Notes: generated by a model from the letters alone, not told the origin. Positions 38,400 to 48,413 are shown, counted from the stretch's first letter. The stretch: DNA of 64,000 nt from Prolixibacteraceae bacterium (GCA_036504555.1 DASXUZ010000080.1:4003-68002); one strand, 5' to 3'. Made by a program: numbers and translations.

Positions 38400-39640
38400 A
38401 AATCATACGTCTAAAAAAACAACTCTTCAATGGACTGCACCTGCTATTTTGGTTCATATCATTCAACTTCTGGCATGTAGTTTTAAACCCTGGAGTCGAA
38501 TCCACTACTGTAATCCAGGGAATTGAAGTGGGATGGGATCTTATTCTGCTTGTTAATTTTCTGTTTCTGGTCTACTGTTCACTCCCTTTCATTTGGGTGT
38601 TCAAGAAAGCTCCAACGTGGATAAAAATTCTGGTATCGGTATTATTCCTTGTCCCCATTGGCTATGCAATCCTTGAGACACTCAAGCCAGATAGTTCATA
38701 TGAAGATGTCGAACTTCTTGTCGATTACTTTATTAAAAACTTTCTTTATGTCCTAATCTTTCACCTGACCATCATTGCTGCTGTTTATTTTAACCTGAAA
38801 GTCTTGTTCTCCTGCTATTTAAATAAAAGCCACTTCGGACACTACCTGATCTACACCGTTGGATTGACCGTTTTGACTGCCTTGCTCAATTACGCCTTGT
38901 TTAATCTTTTCATCGATCAACTATTCCCCAGCCTGTATTTCATCTCCTATTTCAGAATTTGGGAACTTTTATTGATCGTTGCAGCCTACCTGGTTTTCAC
39001 CAGCGTATTGTTCCTGATCGGACAGTATGCCCTGATGCTCATTGCCAGGCGCGATGCAGCACAAAATGAACTCTCAGCCCTGAAAGCGCAGATCAACCCC
39101 CACTTCCTGTTCAATAACCTGAATACCATTTATTCAATGTCCGCACAAAAGGATGCACGGACCCCGGAAGTAATCCTGAAACTCTCTGACTTTCTACGCT
39201 ATGTGCTTTATGATACGGCAAGTGAAACGATCCCACTGGAAAAAGAAGTGGAGATCATCCAAACCTACGTAAGTTTGCAAAAAGAACGCTTGCATCCTGA
39301 AATTACGCAGGTCGAACTAACGACCCATGGAAACTTTTCAGGGATCGCCATTGCTCCTTTACTGTTGATCCCCCTGGCGGAGAATTGCTTTAAGCATGGG
39401 GTGGGAAAAAACCGGGGCACTATCAAGATCTTCATAAGTTTTGATGGAAAGCAGTTGCTTTTCAAGACTGAAAACAACATTGCCCTGCGTGAAAAGACAA
39501 ATCATGAAGAGACTGGGGGAATTGGGATCAATAACGTGGAAAAAAGACTAAATTTGCTATACCCTGAGCATCATTCCTTTGAATATCATCCAGAAGGAGA
39601 ATTCTTTAAACTGGAGATGAGAATTGAACTAAGAAAATGA
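38396..39640 (+). CDS. LytS/YehU-type sensor histidine kinase
   Basis: About 7 TM segments, then LKAQINPHFLFNNLN, LRY, PL..E and ENCFKHG...GGIGINNVEKRL. Confidence 0.93.
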   Translation: MKIIRLKKQLFNGLHLLFWFISFNFWHVVLNPGVESTTVIQGIEVGWDLILLVNFLFLVYCSLPFIWVFKKAPTWIKILVSVLFLVPIGYAILETLKPDSSYEDVELLVDYFIKNFLYVLIFHLTIIAAVYFNLKVLFSCYLNKSHFGHYLIYTVGLTVLTALLNYALFNLFIDQLFPSLYFISYFRIWELLLIVAAYLVFTSVLFLIGQYALMLIARRDAAQNELSALKAQINPHFLFNNLNTIYSMSAQKDARTPEVILKLSDFLRYVLYDTASETIPLEKEVEIIQTYVSLQKERLHPEITQVELTTHGNFSGIAIAPLLLIPLAENCFKHGVGKNRGTIKIFISFDGKQLLFKTENNIALREKTNHEETGGIGINNVEKRLNLLYPEHHSFEYHPEGEFFKLEMRIELRK

Positions 39641-39644
39641 AAAA

Positions 39645-39734
39645 GTGGTCAGGTGCAGTGGTCAGTCGCAGTGGTTAGCTAACCTGGCACTTGATCGGCA
39701 CGCAACCTGGAACTTTGAACTTGAAACTTGAAAC
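39645..39734. repeat. Short-repeat block: GTGGTCA-type 13-bp repeats, GATCGGCACGCAAC, then 4 heptads (TTGAAAC-like)
   Basis: Direct reading. The 14-mer at 39693-39706 is identical to 42516-42529. Confidence 0.8.
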
Positions 39735-39743
39735 TTTTATCCC

Positions 39744-40430
39744 ATGAACTGCATCATTGTAGAAGACGAACCGGCTGCTCAGTCGCTGTTGGAGCACAAC
39801 ATATCGCTTTGCCACGACCTCCATTGTAGTGGCAGCTTTGCCAATGCCTTTTCGGCCCAGGCCTTCCTGGATACCAACACGGTGGATCTGATTTTTCTCG
39901 ATATCAACCTTCCTGAAATGTCGGGTGTGAGCTTCCTGCGTACATTGGTCCATCCTCCGATGGTCATTTTCACCACCGCCTATCCTGAGTATGCGGTCGA
40001 TGGATTCGATCTGGAGGTGGTCGATTTCCTGCTCAAACCCTTTTCCTTTGAGCGGTTCTGCAAGGCAGTCAATAAAGCCAAAGAACGGATTAACCTCAAA
40101 GCGGCACCTGTGGGATCTGATAAAATAAGTGTCAAATGCGATCGTCGGATCTACCAGATCGGAATCAATGACATCCTGTTCATTGAAACCTGCGGAGACT
40201 ATGTGACCATCCACTTCTCCGATAAAAAACTCATGGTACACGGAACCATGAAAAGCTGGGAGGAAAAGCTCAAGGGATTTTCATTCCAGAAAGTTCACCG
40301 TACAGCACTTGTCAATCTTTCAAAAATCGATCACATTGAAGGCAACCTGATTTATACCGGTGCGCACAAACTTCCATTGGCAGAGCCCTATAAATCAGAA
40401 TTGTTTGACAAAATGTTTAACTCCCAATGA
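39744..40430 (+). CDS. LytTR family response regulator
   Basis: CIIVEDE, DLIFLDINLP, FTTAY, DFLLKP, and a LytTR domain (FQKVHRTALVN). Confidence 0.95.
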   Translation: MNCIIVEDEPAAQSLLEHNISLCHDLHCSGSFANAFSAQAFLDTNTVDLIFLDINLPEMSGVSFLRTLVHPPMVIFTTAYPEYAVDGFDLEVVDFLLKPFSFERFCKAVNKAKERINLKAAPVGSDKISVKCDRRIYQIGINDILFIETCGDYVTIHFSDKKLMVHGTMKSWEEKLKGFSFQKVHRTALVNLSKIDHIEGNLIYTGAHKLPLAEPYKSELFDKMFNSQ

Positions 40431-40454
40431 AAGCAGTCCTGAGCCCCTGAATAA

Positions 40455-40495
40455 AAAAGACCCTGTCCGAATGATTCATCCGGGCAGGGTCTTTT
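40455..40495. terminator. Bidirectional terminator
   Basis: AAAAGACCCTGTCCG / CGGGCAGGGTCTTTT stem between convergent genes. Confidence 0.85.
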
Positions 40496-40514
40496 CAAAT
40501 ATAAGACGTTCAGC

Positions 40515-41225
40515 TTATTTTACCAGCTTGGCATCTTCCATGATCACTTCATAGAAATAGCCATATCCAAAGTCTTTCTTCAGGTTGATGGTTCCTTCAA
40601 AAGTAACCACATCGTCCATCTTCACACCATCAAGGGTGGTAACGGTGAGATCAAAATTTTCACCATCCTTGGTTCCATCCTGTATATGAATCCAGTTTTT
40701 CCCCATCACGCCCTCATTGATTTTAACTACCTGACCTTTCATCTTGATTTTCTTGCCTGCATAAGCGCTTCTGTCGGTATACAATTTGGCAATCGATAGA
40801 CCATCCTGCGCAGGACCAACCGAGATGCCTTCCTTGGCTGTAATGTTGGGCTGCACTGGTTTGCTGGGCATTGCTTTTTCGCCTGCAGGGGTAGCGGTGA
40901 TCGGTTCTTTGCTGATTCCATTGACAAAGAATACAGTTTCGAAAGTGCGGTTTAATTCCTTGCTGTTAAAATTATTCATTTCAAGGGCATCGGTGTAATA
41001 ATAAACTTCCCCCGGAGCGGCTTCCTGACGACCTACGGCAATCCAGAAATCGGCATTGTTTTCACTTACTTTCAAGTACGTGTAGTTGGAAGTCTGAACA
41101 ACGTCTTCCACCTTTACCTGGTGCATGGCAGGATTGGCCAGCGTTTGAGTGGTGGGCACCTTGTTCTTTTTCACACAGCCCGTAAAAGCCACCAGCATTA
41201 CAATAATTACTAAGAATGATTTCAT
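40515..41225 (-). CDS. NrfJ-like lipoprotein with two small beta-barrel (SH3/OB-like) domains
   Basis: Lipobox FTGC; YTYLKV...WIAV N-domain; GQVVK...MGKNWIHIQDGT...KDFGYGYFY C-domain. Confidence 0.65.
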   Translation of the reverse strand: MKSFLVIIVMLVAFTGCVKKNKVPTTQTLANPAMHQVKVEDVVQTSNYTYLKVSENNADFWIAVGRQEAAPGEVYYYTDALEMNNFNSKELNRTFETVFFVNGISKEPITATPAGEKAMPSKPVQPNITAKEGISVGPAQDGLSIAKLYTDRSAYAGKKIKMKGQVVKINEGVMGKNWIHIQDGTKDGENFDLTVTTLDGVKMDDVVTFEGTINLKKDFGYGYFYEVIMEDAKLVK

Positions 41226-41613
41226 ATTTAGAATTTTAATGATTTACAATTTTTTATGAGGGCATAAAAATAATAATTGTAACGATAAAAATTTCCTTTT
41301 TCTTTCATTTAGGTCAATCCAAAATTCTTTTCTGCCATCATGGTTCAAAAACAGACCCTTTCACTATAAATATATGACAGATATTCAACACTTTATAAAA
41401 CTTAGCAGCGCAATAACCTGACTGTATTTTTAATTTTATTGACCATTCCCACTCACATTTATTAATTAAATGAATCATCTGACTTTTTTATCATTCACCT
41501 GCAATCTTTTGGGCCCCGGAATCCAATAATCAGAACAATAAATTGTAAATTTAATCAATATTTCATTTCCATTTATCATTCAAAAAAAACCAACAAATCA
41601 AGGAGGAATAATT

Positions 41614-42462
41614 ATGGATCAACCGATAAAAGAGAGCTTCTGCGATCACGCCAGGGGCAAAACAAACCGTCGTGAGTTCATCAAGAAAACAGTGGTATTG
41701 TCAGGGGGTTCAATTATTGCTTTCTCCCTGTTTCCCAGCTCCCAGCTGGATGCCCAGGTTACCCAGACTGATGATCCGAGGCTTTACACCGAAACCATCC
41801 GGTACAAGGGTGAAACCGGGCAGGTCATGGCATACCTGGCCAAACCAAAGGGTGAAGGTAAATACCCGGCAGTCCTTGTAATTCATGAAAACAAGGGACT
41901 TCAGCCGCACATCAAAGATGTTACCCGCCGCATGGCTTTGGAAGGATTCGTGGCCCTGGCTCCCGATGCCCTGTCGCCACAAGGAGGAACCCCTGAAAAA
42001 CCTGAAGACGCTACCCTGCTGTTTCAGAAAATGGATTATGAGGCCACCAAAAAGGATTTTACAGCCGCGGTGGCTTACCTGAAAACAAACCCGCTCACCA
42101 CCGGCAAAGTGGGATGCACAGGATTCTGCTGGGGAGGAGCCATGACCAACCAGGTGGCCGTCAACTCACCCGACCTGGTAGCTGCAGTGCCCTATTACGG
42201 GATGCCGCCAAAGGACGAAGAGGTTCCCAAAATCAAGGCCTCCATGCTTCTACATTATGCGGGCAACGACCAGCGCATCAACCAGGGCATCCCGGCTTTC
42301 GAGGCAGCCCTGAAAAAAGCAAACATCGATTACAAGCTATTTATGTATGAAGGGGCAGAACATGCCTTCAACAACGATACAAACCCTGAACGATACAACA
42401 AGGCAGCCGCCGACCTGGCATGGAAACGTACGGTTGATTTTTTCAAGGAAAAGCTGAAATAG
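41614..42462 (+). CDS. Dienelactone hydrolase family protein (YghX-like) with Tat signal
   Basis: NRREFIKK Tat motif, VIHENKGL, nucleophile GFCWGG, D-I and HAFNND. Confidence 0.93.
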   Translation: MDQPIKESFCDHARGKTNRREFIKKTVVLSGGSIIAFSLFPSSQLDAQVTQTDDPRLYTETIRYKGETGQVMAYLAKPKGEGKYPAVLVIHENKGLQPHIKDVTRRMALEGFVALAPDALSPQGGTPEKPEDATLLFQKMDYEATKKDFTAAVAYLKTNPLTTGKVGCTGFCWGGAMTNQVAVNSPDLVAAVPYYGMPPKDEEVPKIKASMLLHYAGNDQRINQGIPAFEAALKKANIDYKLFMYEGAEHAFNNDTNPERYNKAAADLAWKRTVDFFKEKLK

Positions 42463-42473
42463 GTAGCAGCAGG

Positions 42474-42571
42474 CATGGAGCTTGGAGCAGGGGGCCTGGG
42501 GCACAGAACGCCCCCGATCGGCACGCAACGTTGAACTTTAAACGTTGAACCTTAAACTTTGCACTTTAAAC
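42474..42571. repeat. 14 in-phase heptads including GATCGGC-ACGCAAC and 6x NTTRAAC-like units
   Basis: CATGGAG CTTGGAG CAGGGGG CCTGGGG CACAGAA CGCCCCC GATCGGC ACGCAAC GTTGAAC TTTAAAC GTTGAAC CTTAAAC TTTGCAC TTTAAAC. Confidence 0.85.
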
Positions 42572-42597
42572 TCTCCAAGCCACCAGCTTTCCGCTCC

Positions 42598-43743
42598 TCA
42601 CACCATCTGTTCATTCCTCCACACCTCGGCCACCTCCTCGACAAAGGGCTTGCAGTGTTTGAAGAAATGCTTGTATCCTTCACACAAGTAATTCAATCCC
42701 GGTTCGCCTTTGGGCGTTTTAATGAACCTGTCTTTTGGGCATCCGCCGTTACACATCGACCTGACATCGCAGTTAAGACAGAAGAGCGGCATTAAATAAA
42801 GTTTTTCAAGTCCAAACACTTCCTGCCTTCGGCTATTGAGCAATTCGACCAGCGGTGTCTGGTTAATGTTCCCGATCAGGTGCTGCGAATCCACGTAATG
42901 ATCACACGAATAAAAATCGCCGTTGCGTTCAAGCACTGGCACCCCGCCGCAGGTTTCCTTAAAGATGCAAAGGGTGTGCTCCTGGTCAAAGGCCGTACGA
43001 AGCGCTTCCTCAAATATTTGTACTTTCACAGTCCCGATATCCATGGCCTTCCACTCATCGAAAATGACACAAAGGAACCGGCCAAATGCCTTGGCTGAGG
43101 TCGAACTTTCAGTCACTACATTCCAGCCCGTGGGAAGCCTTTCAACCAAGGGAAGAAAGGTAATGAATTCGCACTGGATCGATTTGAAGAAGCGGTATAC
43201 CCGCAAGGGCTGCTCAACATTCGCCGCATTGACGACACACAGTATTTCACATTGAACACCGTATGATTTTAAAAGCTCATACCCACGCATCGTTTCCTTA
43301 AAACCTAGCTGGCCTTCCTTTCCGCCACGGTAAACCGAATGCAGATCTTCAGGTCCGTCGAGGCTGATACCCACCACGAAGTTTTCGACAGCCAGAAACC
43401 GGCACCAATCATCATCCAGCAAAGTGCCGTTGGTTTGCAATCCATTGGTAATGTGGCAACCTGCCGGCTGGTGCTTTCGCTGTAACTCCACGATGCGTTG
43501 AAAATAAGGCAGACCAGCCATTGTTGGTTCGCCCCCGTGCCATGAAAAAAAGATCGTTGATCCCGTTGTAGCCTTGATGTGCTGCACGATGTATTCTTCC
43601 AGCAAGGCTTCGGTCATGCACCCGTTCCTTTCCGCTGGATACAGGCTGCTACTTTTCAGGTAATAGCAATACTTACAAGCCATGTTGCACAATGATCCAA
43701 CGGGCTTTACAAATACCTGGAAATCTGCTGCAGCTTTCTTCAT
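42598..43743 (-). CDS. Anaerobic sulfatase maturase (radical SAM/SPASM)
   Basis: KPVGSLCNMACKYC, WHGGEPT, QTNG, and SPASM cysteines (CIFKETC, YSCDH, C..C...C.GGCPK, LC.GY). Confidence 0.93.
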   Translation of the reverse strand: MKKAAADFQVFVKPVGSLCNMACKYCYYLKSSSLYPAERNGCMTEALLEEYIVQHIKATTGSTIFFSWHGGEPTMAGLPYFQRIVELQRKHQPAGCHITNGLQTNGTLLDDDWCRFLAVENFVVGISLDGPEDLHSVYRGGKEGQLGFKETMRGYELLKSYGVQCEILCVVNAANVEQPLRVYRFFKSIQCEFITFLPLVERLPTGWNVVTESSTSAKAFGRFLCVIFDEWKAMDIGTVKVQIFEEALRTAFDQEHTLCIFKETCGGVPVLERNGDFYSCDHYVDSQHLIGNINQTPLVELLNSRRQEVFGLEKLYLMPLFCLNCDVRSMCNGGCPKDRFIKTPKGEPGLNYLCEGYKHFFKHCKPFVEEVAEVWRNEQMV

Positions 43744-44058
43744 GACCCTAATTTGTTTTTTTACTGAAGTTCATTCACCAGTTAATGAATCATTCGAAAC
43801 TTGACAATCACTTTCATCCCAACCATAACACATGGTTCGCTCAACATCCTACATGCCAGCAACTTCAATGCATTGAACGGATGATTCATTGTTGATATTA
43901 AGATACGATAAAATTATTACACAAATGCCCTAAAGGGCAAAAATAAATTGCATTATTCTCAGGCAATATAATATTTATTAATAACTTGCGTGGGTAAATC
44001 AGTTTAAATTTACGACCTTTTTCCCATGCATACCAACCATTTAGACCTTTAAACAACC

Positions 44059-44634
44059 ATGAGAAAATTAAAACTTCAGGTACAAATGACCATCGACGGT
44101 TATATCGGGGGGCCAAACGGTGAATTGGACTGGATGGTCTGGCAATGGGACAATGAACTTATTAAATACGTTTATGAAATAACTGAGCCAGTTGACTGCA
44201 TCGTTCTTGGACGAAAGCTTGCTGAAGGCTTCATTCCTTACTGGGCATCGGTGGCCTCAAATCCTGATGACCCTGAATTTACAGGTGGCAAGAAACTGAC
44301 CGATACCCCCAAAGTCGTTTTTACCAAAACCATGGACAAGTCCTTATGGGACAACACGGTCCTGGCAAAAGGCGATCTGGTTGACGAAATCATTCAGCTA
44401 AAAAAACAAGAAGGTCAAGACATGATCGCCTATGGCGGTGCCACCTTTGTATCGCAACTCATCAAACACAACCTGATTGACGAGTTTCATTTATTCATCA
44501 ACCCAACAGCCATAGGCCGCGGAATGACCATTTTCAAAGACCTTGACAACCACCTCAACATTACATTGATAAAATCGACCTCCTTTGACTGCGGAATTGT
44601 GGTTCATCATTACGAGCCAAAACACAACCTATAG
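44059..44634 (+). CDS. Dihydrofolate reductase / RibD C-terminal domain family protein
   Basis: QMTIDGYIGGP, LGRK, PKVVFTKT, YGGATF, LIDEFHLFINP..IGRG. Confidence 0.9.
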   Translation: MRKLKLQVQMTIDGYIGGPNGELDWMVWQWDNELIKYVYEITEPVDCIVLGRKLAEGFIPYWASVASNPDDPEFTGGKKLTDTPKVVFTKTMDKSLWDNTVLAKGDLVDEIIQLKKQEGQDMIAYGGATFVSQLIKHNLIDEFHLFINPTAIGRGMTIFKDLDNHLNITLIKSTSFDCGIVVHHYEPKHNL

Positions 44635-44798
44635 TGCAGAAAAGCCTCTGAGCTTAACGGGATCATAAAAAACACCTTGCACTTATTTCCCCCAACCAAA
44701 ATTTGCTATTGCCACAACGGATCTTGTTTAGTGAAACATTGACCCCATGCCTGTGGCATTTCCTGAAGCTGTCAGGTAGGTCTTTGACTGCTGTCCGA

Positions 44799-44902
44799 TT
44801 CATAGTTTTTACGCTCTTCGTACTAGGTTCGTGCATGGTTCGTGCATGTAAACATACATAATCATTGCAGGATCATGGTATCAATTCAGTAAAAACCAGG
44901 TA
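44799..44902 (+). repeat. Foldback element family 2 (104 bp), copy B
   Basis: TTCATAGTTTTTA ... GGTTCGTGCATGGTTCGTGCATG ... TAAAAACCAGGTA; ungapped alignment to copy C. Confidence 0.88.
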
Positions 44903-44970
44903 TCAAACACAAGCCTGATAGCAGCAGATCATTTCCTAAACATGAATTGGAAGGATCGAAAAAAATTTGA

Positions 44971-45207
44971 ACTCTTACAGATGTGTCGGTCGATGGGACC
45001 TGGTTCTATGATTTTAAAGACATTGACCTGCAGGCCGATCATTATTCCATTCAGCAGGATTGTTTTTTGATTGAGCGCCGTAACATCCATACCTTGTTTA
45101 TTAAAATTGAAGCAAATCCCCTAACTGTGAATAGGGTTATCACAGTGGGTCTTGGGGCAGGTGATTATTTTGACAGGCTGACGATTACTCAAAAAGCAAA
45201 AAAATAA
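44971..45207 (+). pseudogene. 5'-truncated gene fragment resembling the C-terminal BACON-like beta-sandwich of Bacteroidota lipoproteins
   Basis: The ORF (VSVDGTWFYDF...IKIEANP..NRVITVGLGAGDYFDRLTITQK) has no signal peptide and an in-frame TGA at 44968. Confidence 0.5.
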
Positions 45208-45261
45208 CTATCATTGACAAAAAAAACGCAAGGTCATCTGGACTGATTACATCAACATGGA

Positions 45262-45636
45262 ATGAAAACGAAAAAGGAATTAAAAGCGGAATACAAACAA
45301 ATGAAGTTCCGAATGGGGGTATTTCAAATCAAGAATACGGTCAATGATAAAATATTTATAGAAAGCAGTACTGACTTAATTTCGATCTGGAATAGACACC
45401 GGTTTCAATTGAATCTGGGAAGCCATCCCAATGCTGAATTGCAAAAAGACTGGAATGCCTTTGGCGAGGACAAGTTCAGTTATGAGATATTAAGTGAAAT
45501 TAAACATTTGGAATCTGAAATTATCCAATATCAGAAGGAAGTAAAAATACTTGAAGGAATGGTCATAGAAGAACTTCAACCATTTGACGACAAGGGTTAT
45601 AACAAAAGGATTAAGATACAAGAATCCTTCAACTAA
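45262..45636 (+). CDS. GIY-YIG nuclease superfamily protein (LuxR-associated-like subgroup)
   Basis: MGVFQIKN...KIFIESSTDL..IWNRHRFQL..GSHPNAELQKDWN.FG...F.YEIL. Confidence 0.8.
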   Translation: MKTKKELKAEYKQMKFRMGVFQIKNTVNDKIFIESSTDLISIWNRHRFQLNLGSHPNAELQKDWNAFGEDKFSYEILSEIKHLESEIIQYQKEVKILEGMVIEELQPFDDKGYNKRIKIQESFN

Positions 45637-45932
45637 AGAGATAAGACTGCAATGAGAACAAGCCCTTCAGGAGGATCCAATGGTTGGGCTTGATTGTTTT
45701 AAAGGAACTGAATCCATGGAGCTGGCTTGATCAAATTGAACAGCCCTGGCATTTTAGCTATATGAACCGTCATTTTGTGCATGGCAGATCAGATATTCTA
45801 AAATTACATTTACTCTCAATTCAATATTTACCCCATTGAAATGCTGTTTGACTCGGATATCTGGTAAATTTTATGTAATTTTCGGGGTCTGATAAAGGGG
45901 ATAAGACCAACTAACTGACTGAAACCTAAAGA

Positions 45933-47573
45933 ATGAAAAATATTTACACCTGTTGTGCCATATTGCTATTTGCAGTCCTTTGCACCATGGCCCAGGGCCA
46001 GGATAAGCCGACCTATGACAGAGCCAATTGGTTGATCAAAGCCGAGAATTTCAAGCCAAAACTCACTGAAACCATCGTACACCCCACAAGCATTGTGAAA
46101 TTGGTGGAGGACAAAGCCTCATTCCAGGGATGGAAAACAGAGCCAGTGTCAAAAGCGGATGAAATTTACAAGACTTCGTTTAAGAATATCAAAAGTGTGG
46201 TGGTCGATTTTGGCAATCACTATACCGGTTACTTCACCTTTAAGCTGGGGGTTTTGAGAGGCACTGCCGATGGTCCTGTTCGCTTTAAATTGACCTTTGG
46301 GGAAGTTCCCTCTGAATTGGCCGTTCCGTTTGACCCCTATCCCGGCGCACTGAGCAGGGCCTGGTTGCAGGATGAAGTGGTGACGGTCATGGATATTCCA
46401 GCCAGCGTGACCCTGGAGCGCAGGTTTGCCTTCAGGTACGTAAAAATCGAACTGCTGGCCAGTTCAACATACTACGATTTTAACATTTCTGAGATGCAGT
46501 TAAAAGCCGTCAGTTCGGTCAGCAAAATGCCCGACCCATTGGCCAGTTCAACCGAACCGATTGTAAGCGACATCGATCAGGTGGGATTGAATACCCTCAG
46601 GGAATGTATGCAAACGGTGTATGAAGACGGCCCAAAAAGAGACCGTAGGTTATGGATCGGTGATTTATACCTTGAATCGCTGGCCAACAGTTATTCCTTT
46701 AAAAACTATGATCTGACTAAACGCTGCCTCTATTTACTGGCAGGCCTGAGTGGAGAAGAAGGATACCTGGTTGGGACCGTTTTCGAAACGCCCCGGCCAC
46801 ATGCACAGACTGGCCAGTATTTATTTGATTATGCCCTGCTCTACAATGTTGCCTTAAAAGAATATGCGGCAGCGACCAATGACCTTGAAACGGCCAATGA
46901 TCTTTGGCCATTGGCCAAAAGACAGCTGGATATCATTTACAAATATGTGCAGCCCAACGGACTACTCGATTACGAGAAGGCGAATAAGGAATGGTGGCTG
47001 TTTTTTGATTGGAAAGATGGATTGAACAAGGAGGCAGCTTTGAATGGCTTATCCATTTATGCACTGAAACAGACCTATGAGTTGGCAAAAATCCTTCACA
47101 AGGAGGCGGAATTAAAAGAGGTGCCAAAACTTATTCAGAAAATGACCGAAGCTTCGCGCAAGCAACTGTTCAACAAGACAAGCAGCTTGTTTGAATCGGG
47201 CAAGGACCACCAAATCTCGTATGCCTCGCAGATTTGGATGATACTGGGGGGAGTTCTTTCAAAGGAAGAAAGTCAGAAAACATTGAAGGCATTGGTAAAT
47301 ACTGAAAGCGCGTTAACTCCTGGGGGTCCCTATTTATACCATTATTTTATCCAGTCATTGATTAATTCAGGAATGAACAAGGAGGCAAAAAGTTATCTGA
47401 TCAGTTACTGGGGTGGAATGGTTAAAAAAGGAGCAGATACCTTCTGGGAGGTCTATGATCCCAAAAATGAATTGCTTTCACCCTATGGATTTTATCCCGT
47501 CAATAGCTATTGCCACGCCTGGAGTTGTACGCCTGTTTACTTTATCAGAAAATATCCTGAAATATTTCAATAG
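45933..47573 (+). CDS. Secreted alpha-L-rhamnosidase-like glycoside hydrolase (GH78-type (alpha/alpha)6 barrel)
   Basis: Signal peptide, VVDFG..TGY, EDGPKRDRRLWIGD, GADTFWE and SYCHAWS. Confidence 0.85.
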   Translation: MKNIYTCCAILLFAVLCTMAQGQDKPTYDRANWLIKAENFKPKLTETIVHPTSIVKLVEDKASFQGWKTEPVSKADEIYKTSFKNIKSVVVDFGNHYTGYFTFKLGVLRGTADGPVRFKLTFGEVPSELAVPFDPYPGALSRAWLQDEVVTVMDIPASVTLERRFAFRYVKIELLASSTYYDFNISEMQLKAVSSVSKMPDPLASSTEPIVSDIDQVGLNTLRECMQTVYEDGPKRDRRLWIGDLYLESLANSYSFKNYDLTKRCLYLLAGLSGEEGYLVGTVFETPRPHAQTGQYLFDYALLYNVALKEYAAATNDLETANDLWPLAKRQLDIIYKYVQPNGLLDYEKANKEWWLFFDWKDGLNKEAALNGLSIYALKQTYELAKILHKEAELKEVPKLIQKMTEASRKQLFNKTSSLFESGKDHQISYASQIWMILGGVLSKEESQKTLKALVNTESALTPGGPYLYHYFIQSLINSGMNKEAKSYLISYWGGMVKKGADTFWEVYDPKNELLSPYGFYPVNSYCHAWSCTPVYFIRKYPEIFQ

Positions 47574-47693
47574 GTTTCAGGCCAGGCACTGAGGATACTT
47601 GAATAAATCAACAATCACTTTCATTTACCCTTCAATGTTTGTTTATTTGTAGGAATCAATGTCGGGGTTACAATTTAAAATAGATAGAAACAG

Positions 47694-48413
47694 ATGAAGA
47701 TTTTTATAGCAATATTGTTGATTTGCACCACAGTAAGCGTATTTGCCAAGAAAAAAGAGAAGAATACCCTGTCGAAAGATGAAATAAAATCAGGCTGGGA
47801 ATTGATTTTTGATGGAACAACGACCAAGGGCTGGAGAGGCTATGGCCAAAAAACGATGCCCGAGAAAGGATGGGATGTGGTTGACGGCAAGCTTCATTGC
47901 ATGGCCAATGGCGGTGGGGGTGATATTATTTTCAACAAGAAACTTACCAACTTCAAATTGGAGCTCAGCTGGAAGATCAGTGAAGGCGGCAACAGCGGCA
48001 TATTCATTTACGGCAAGGAGGTGGCAGGAACCCCTATTTACCATTCGGCTCCTGAATACCAGTTACTGGACGATCAAAACCATGCCGATGCCAAGGACGG
48101 GAAGGACGGGAACCACAAATCAGGCTCACTCTATGACATTCTGCCGGCTGTTCCTCAAAATGCGAATCCAGCCCTCAAATGGAATCAAGCCAAGATCGTT
48201 TCAAAGGACGGCAAGGTTGAATTTTGGCAGAACGACGTCAAAGTGCTTGAGTTTCAAATAGGCAATGCAAATTGGAAAAAACTTTGTGCCGGGAGTAAAT
48301 TCAAAGACTGGCCTGATTTTGTAAACAATCCTGCAAAAGACGGATACATTGGTCTTCAGGACCATGGCAATGAAATTTGGTTTAAAAATATCAAGTTGAA
48401 AGTCTTGAAATAG
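47694..48413 (+). CDS. DUF1080 (3-keto-disaccharide hydrolase-like) secreted protein
   Basis: GWELIFDG, W.V.DG, GNSGIF, EYQLLD, WN..KI and GYIGLQDHG..IWFKNIK. Confidence 0.92.
   Translation: MKIFIAILLICTTVSVFAKKKEKNTLSKDEIKSGWELIFDGTTTKGWRGYGQKTMPEKGWDVVDGKLHCMANGGGGDIIFNKKLTNFKLELSWKISEGGNSGIFIYGKEVAGTPIYHSAPEYQLLDDQNHADAKDGKDGNHKSGSLYDILPAVPQNANPALKWNQAKIVSKDGKVEFWQNDVKVLEFQIGNANWKKLCAGSKFKDWPDFVNNPAKDGYIGLQDHGNEIWFKNIKLKVLK

Noticed and set aside
44968-44970. In-frame TGA as selenocysteine or readthrough
   Set aside because: There is no SECIS-like hairpin or redox motif, and the upstream frame has no start and closes at 44890.
45739-45752. AACAGCCCTGGCAT resembling the end of the 4626 palindrome
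   Set aside because: It is a single 13/14 match with no 11-bp units or partner arm, which is compatible with chance.
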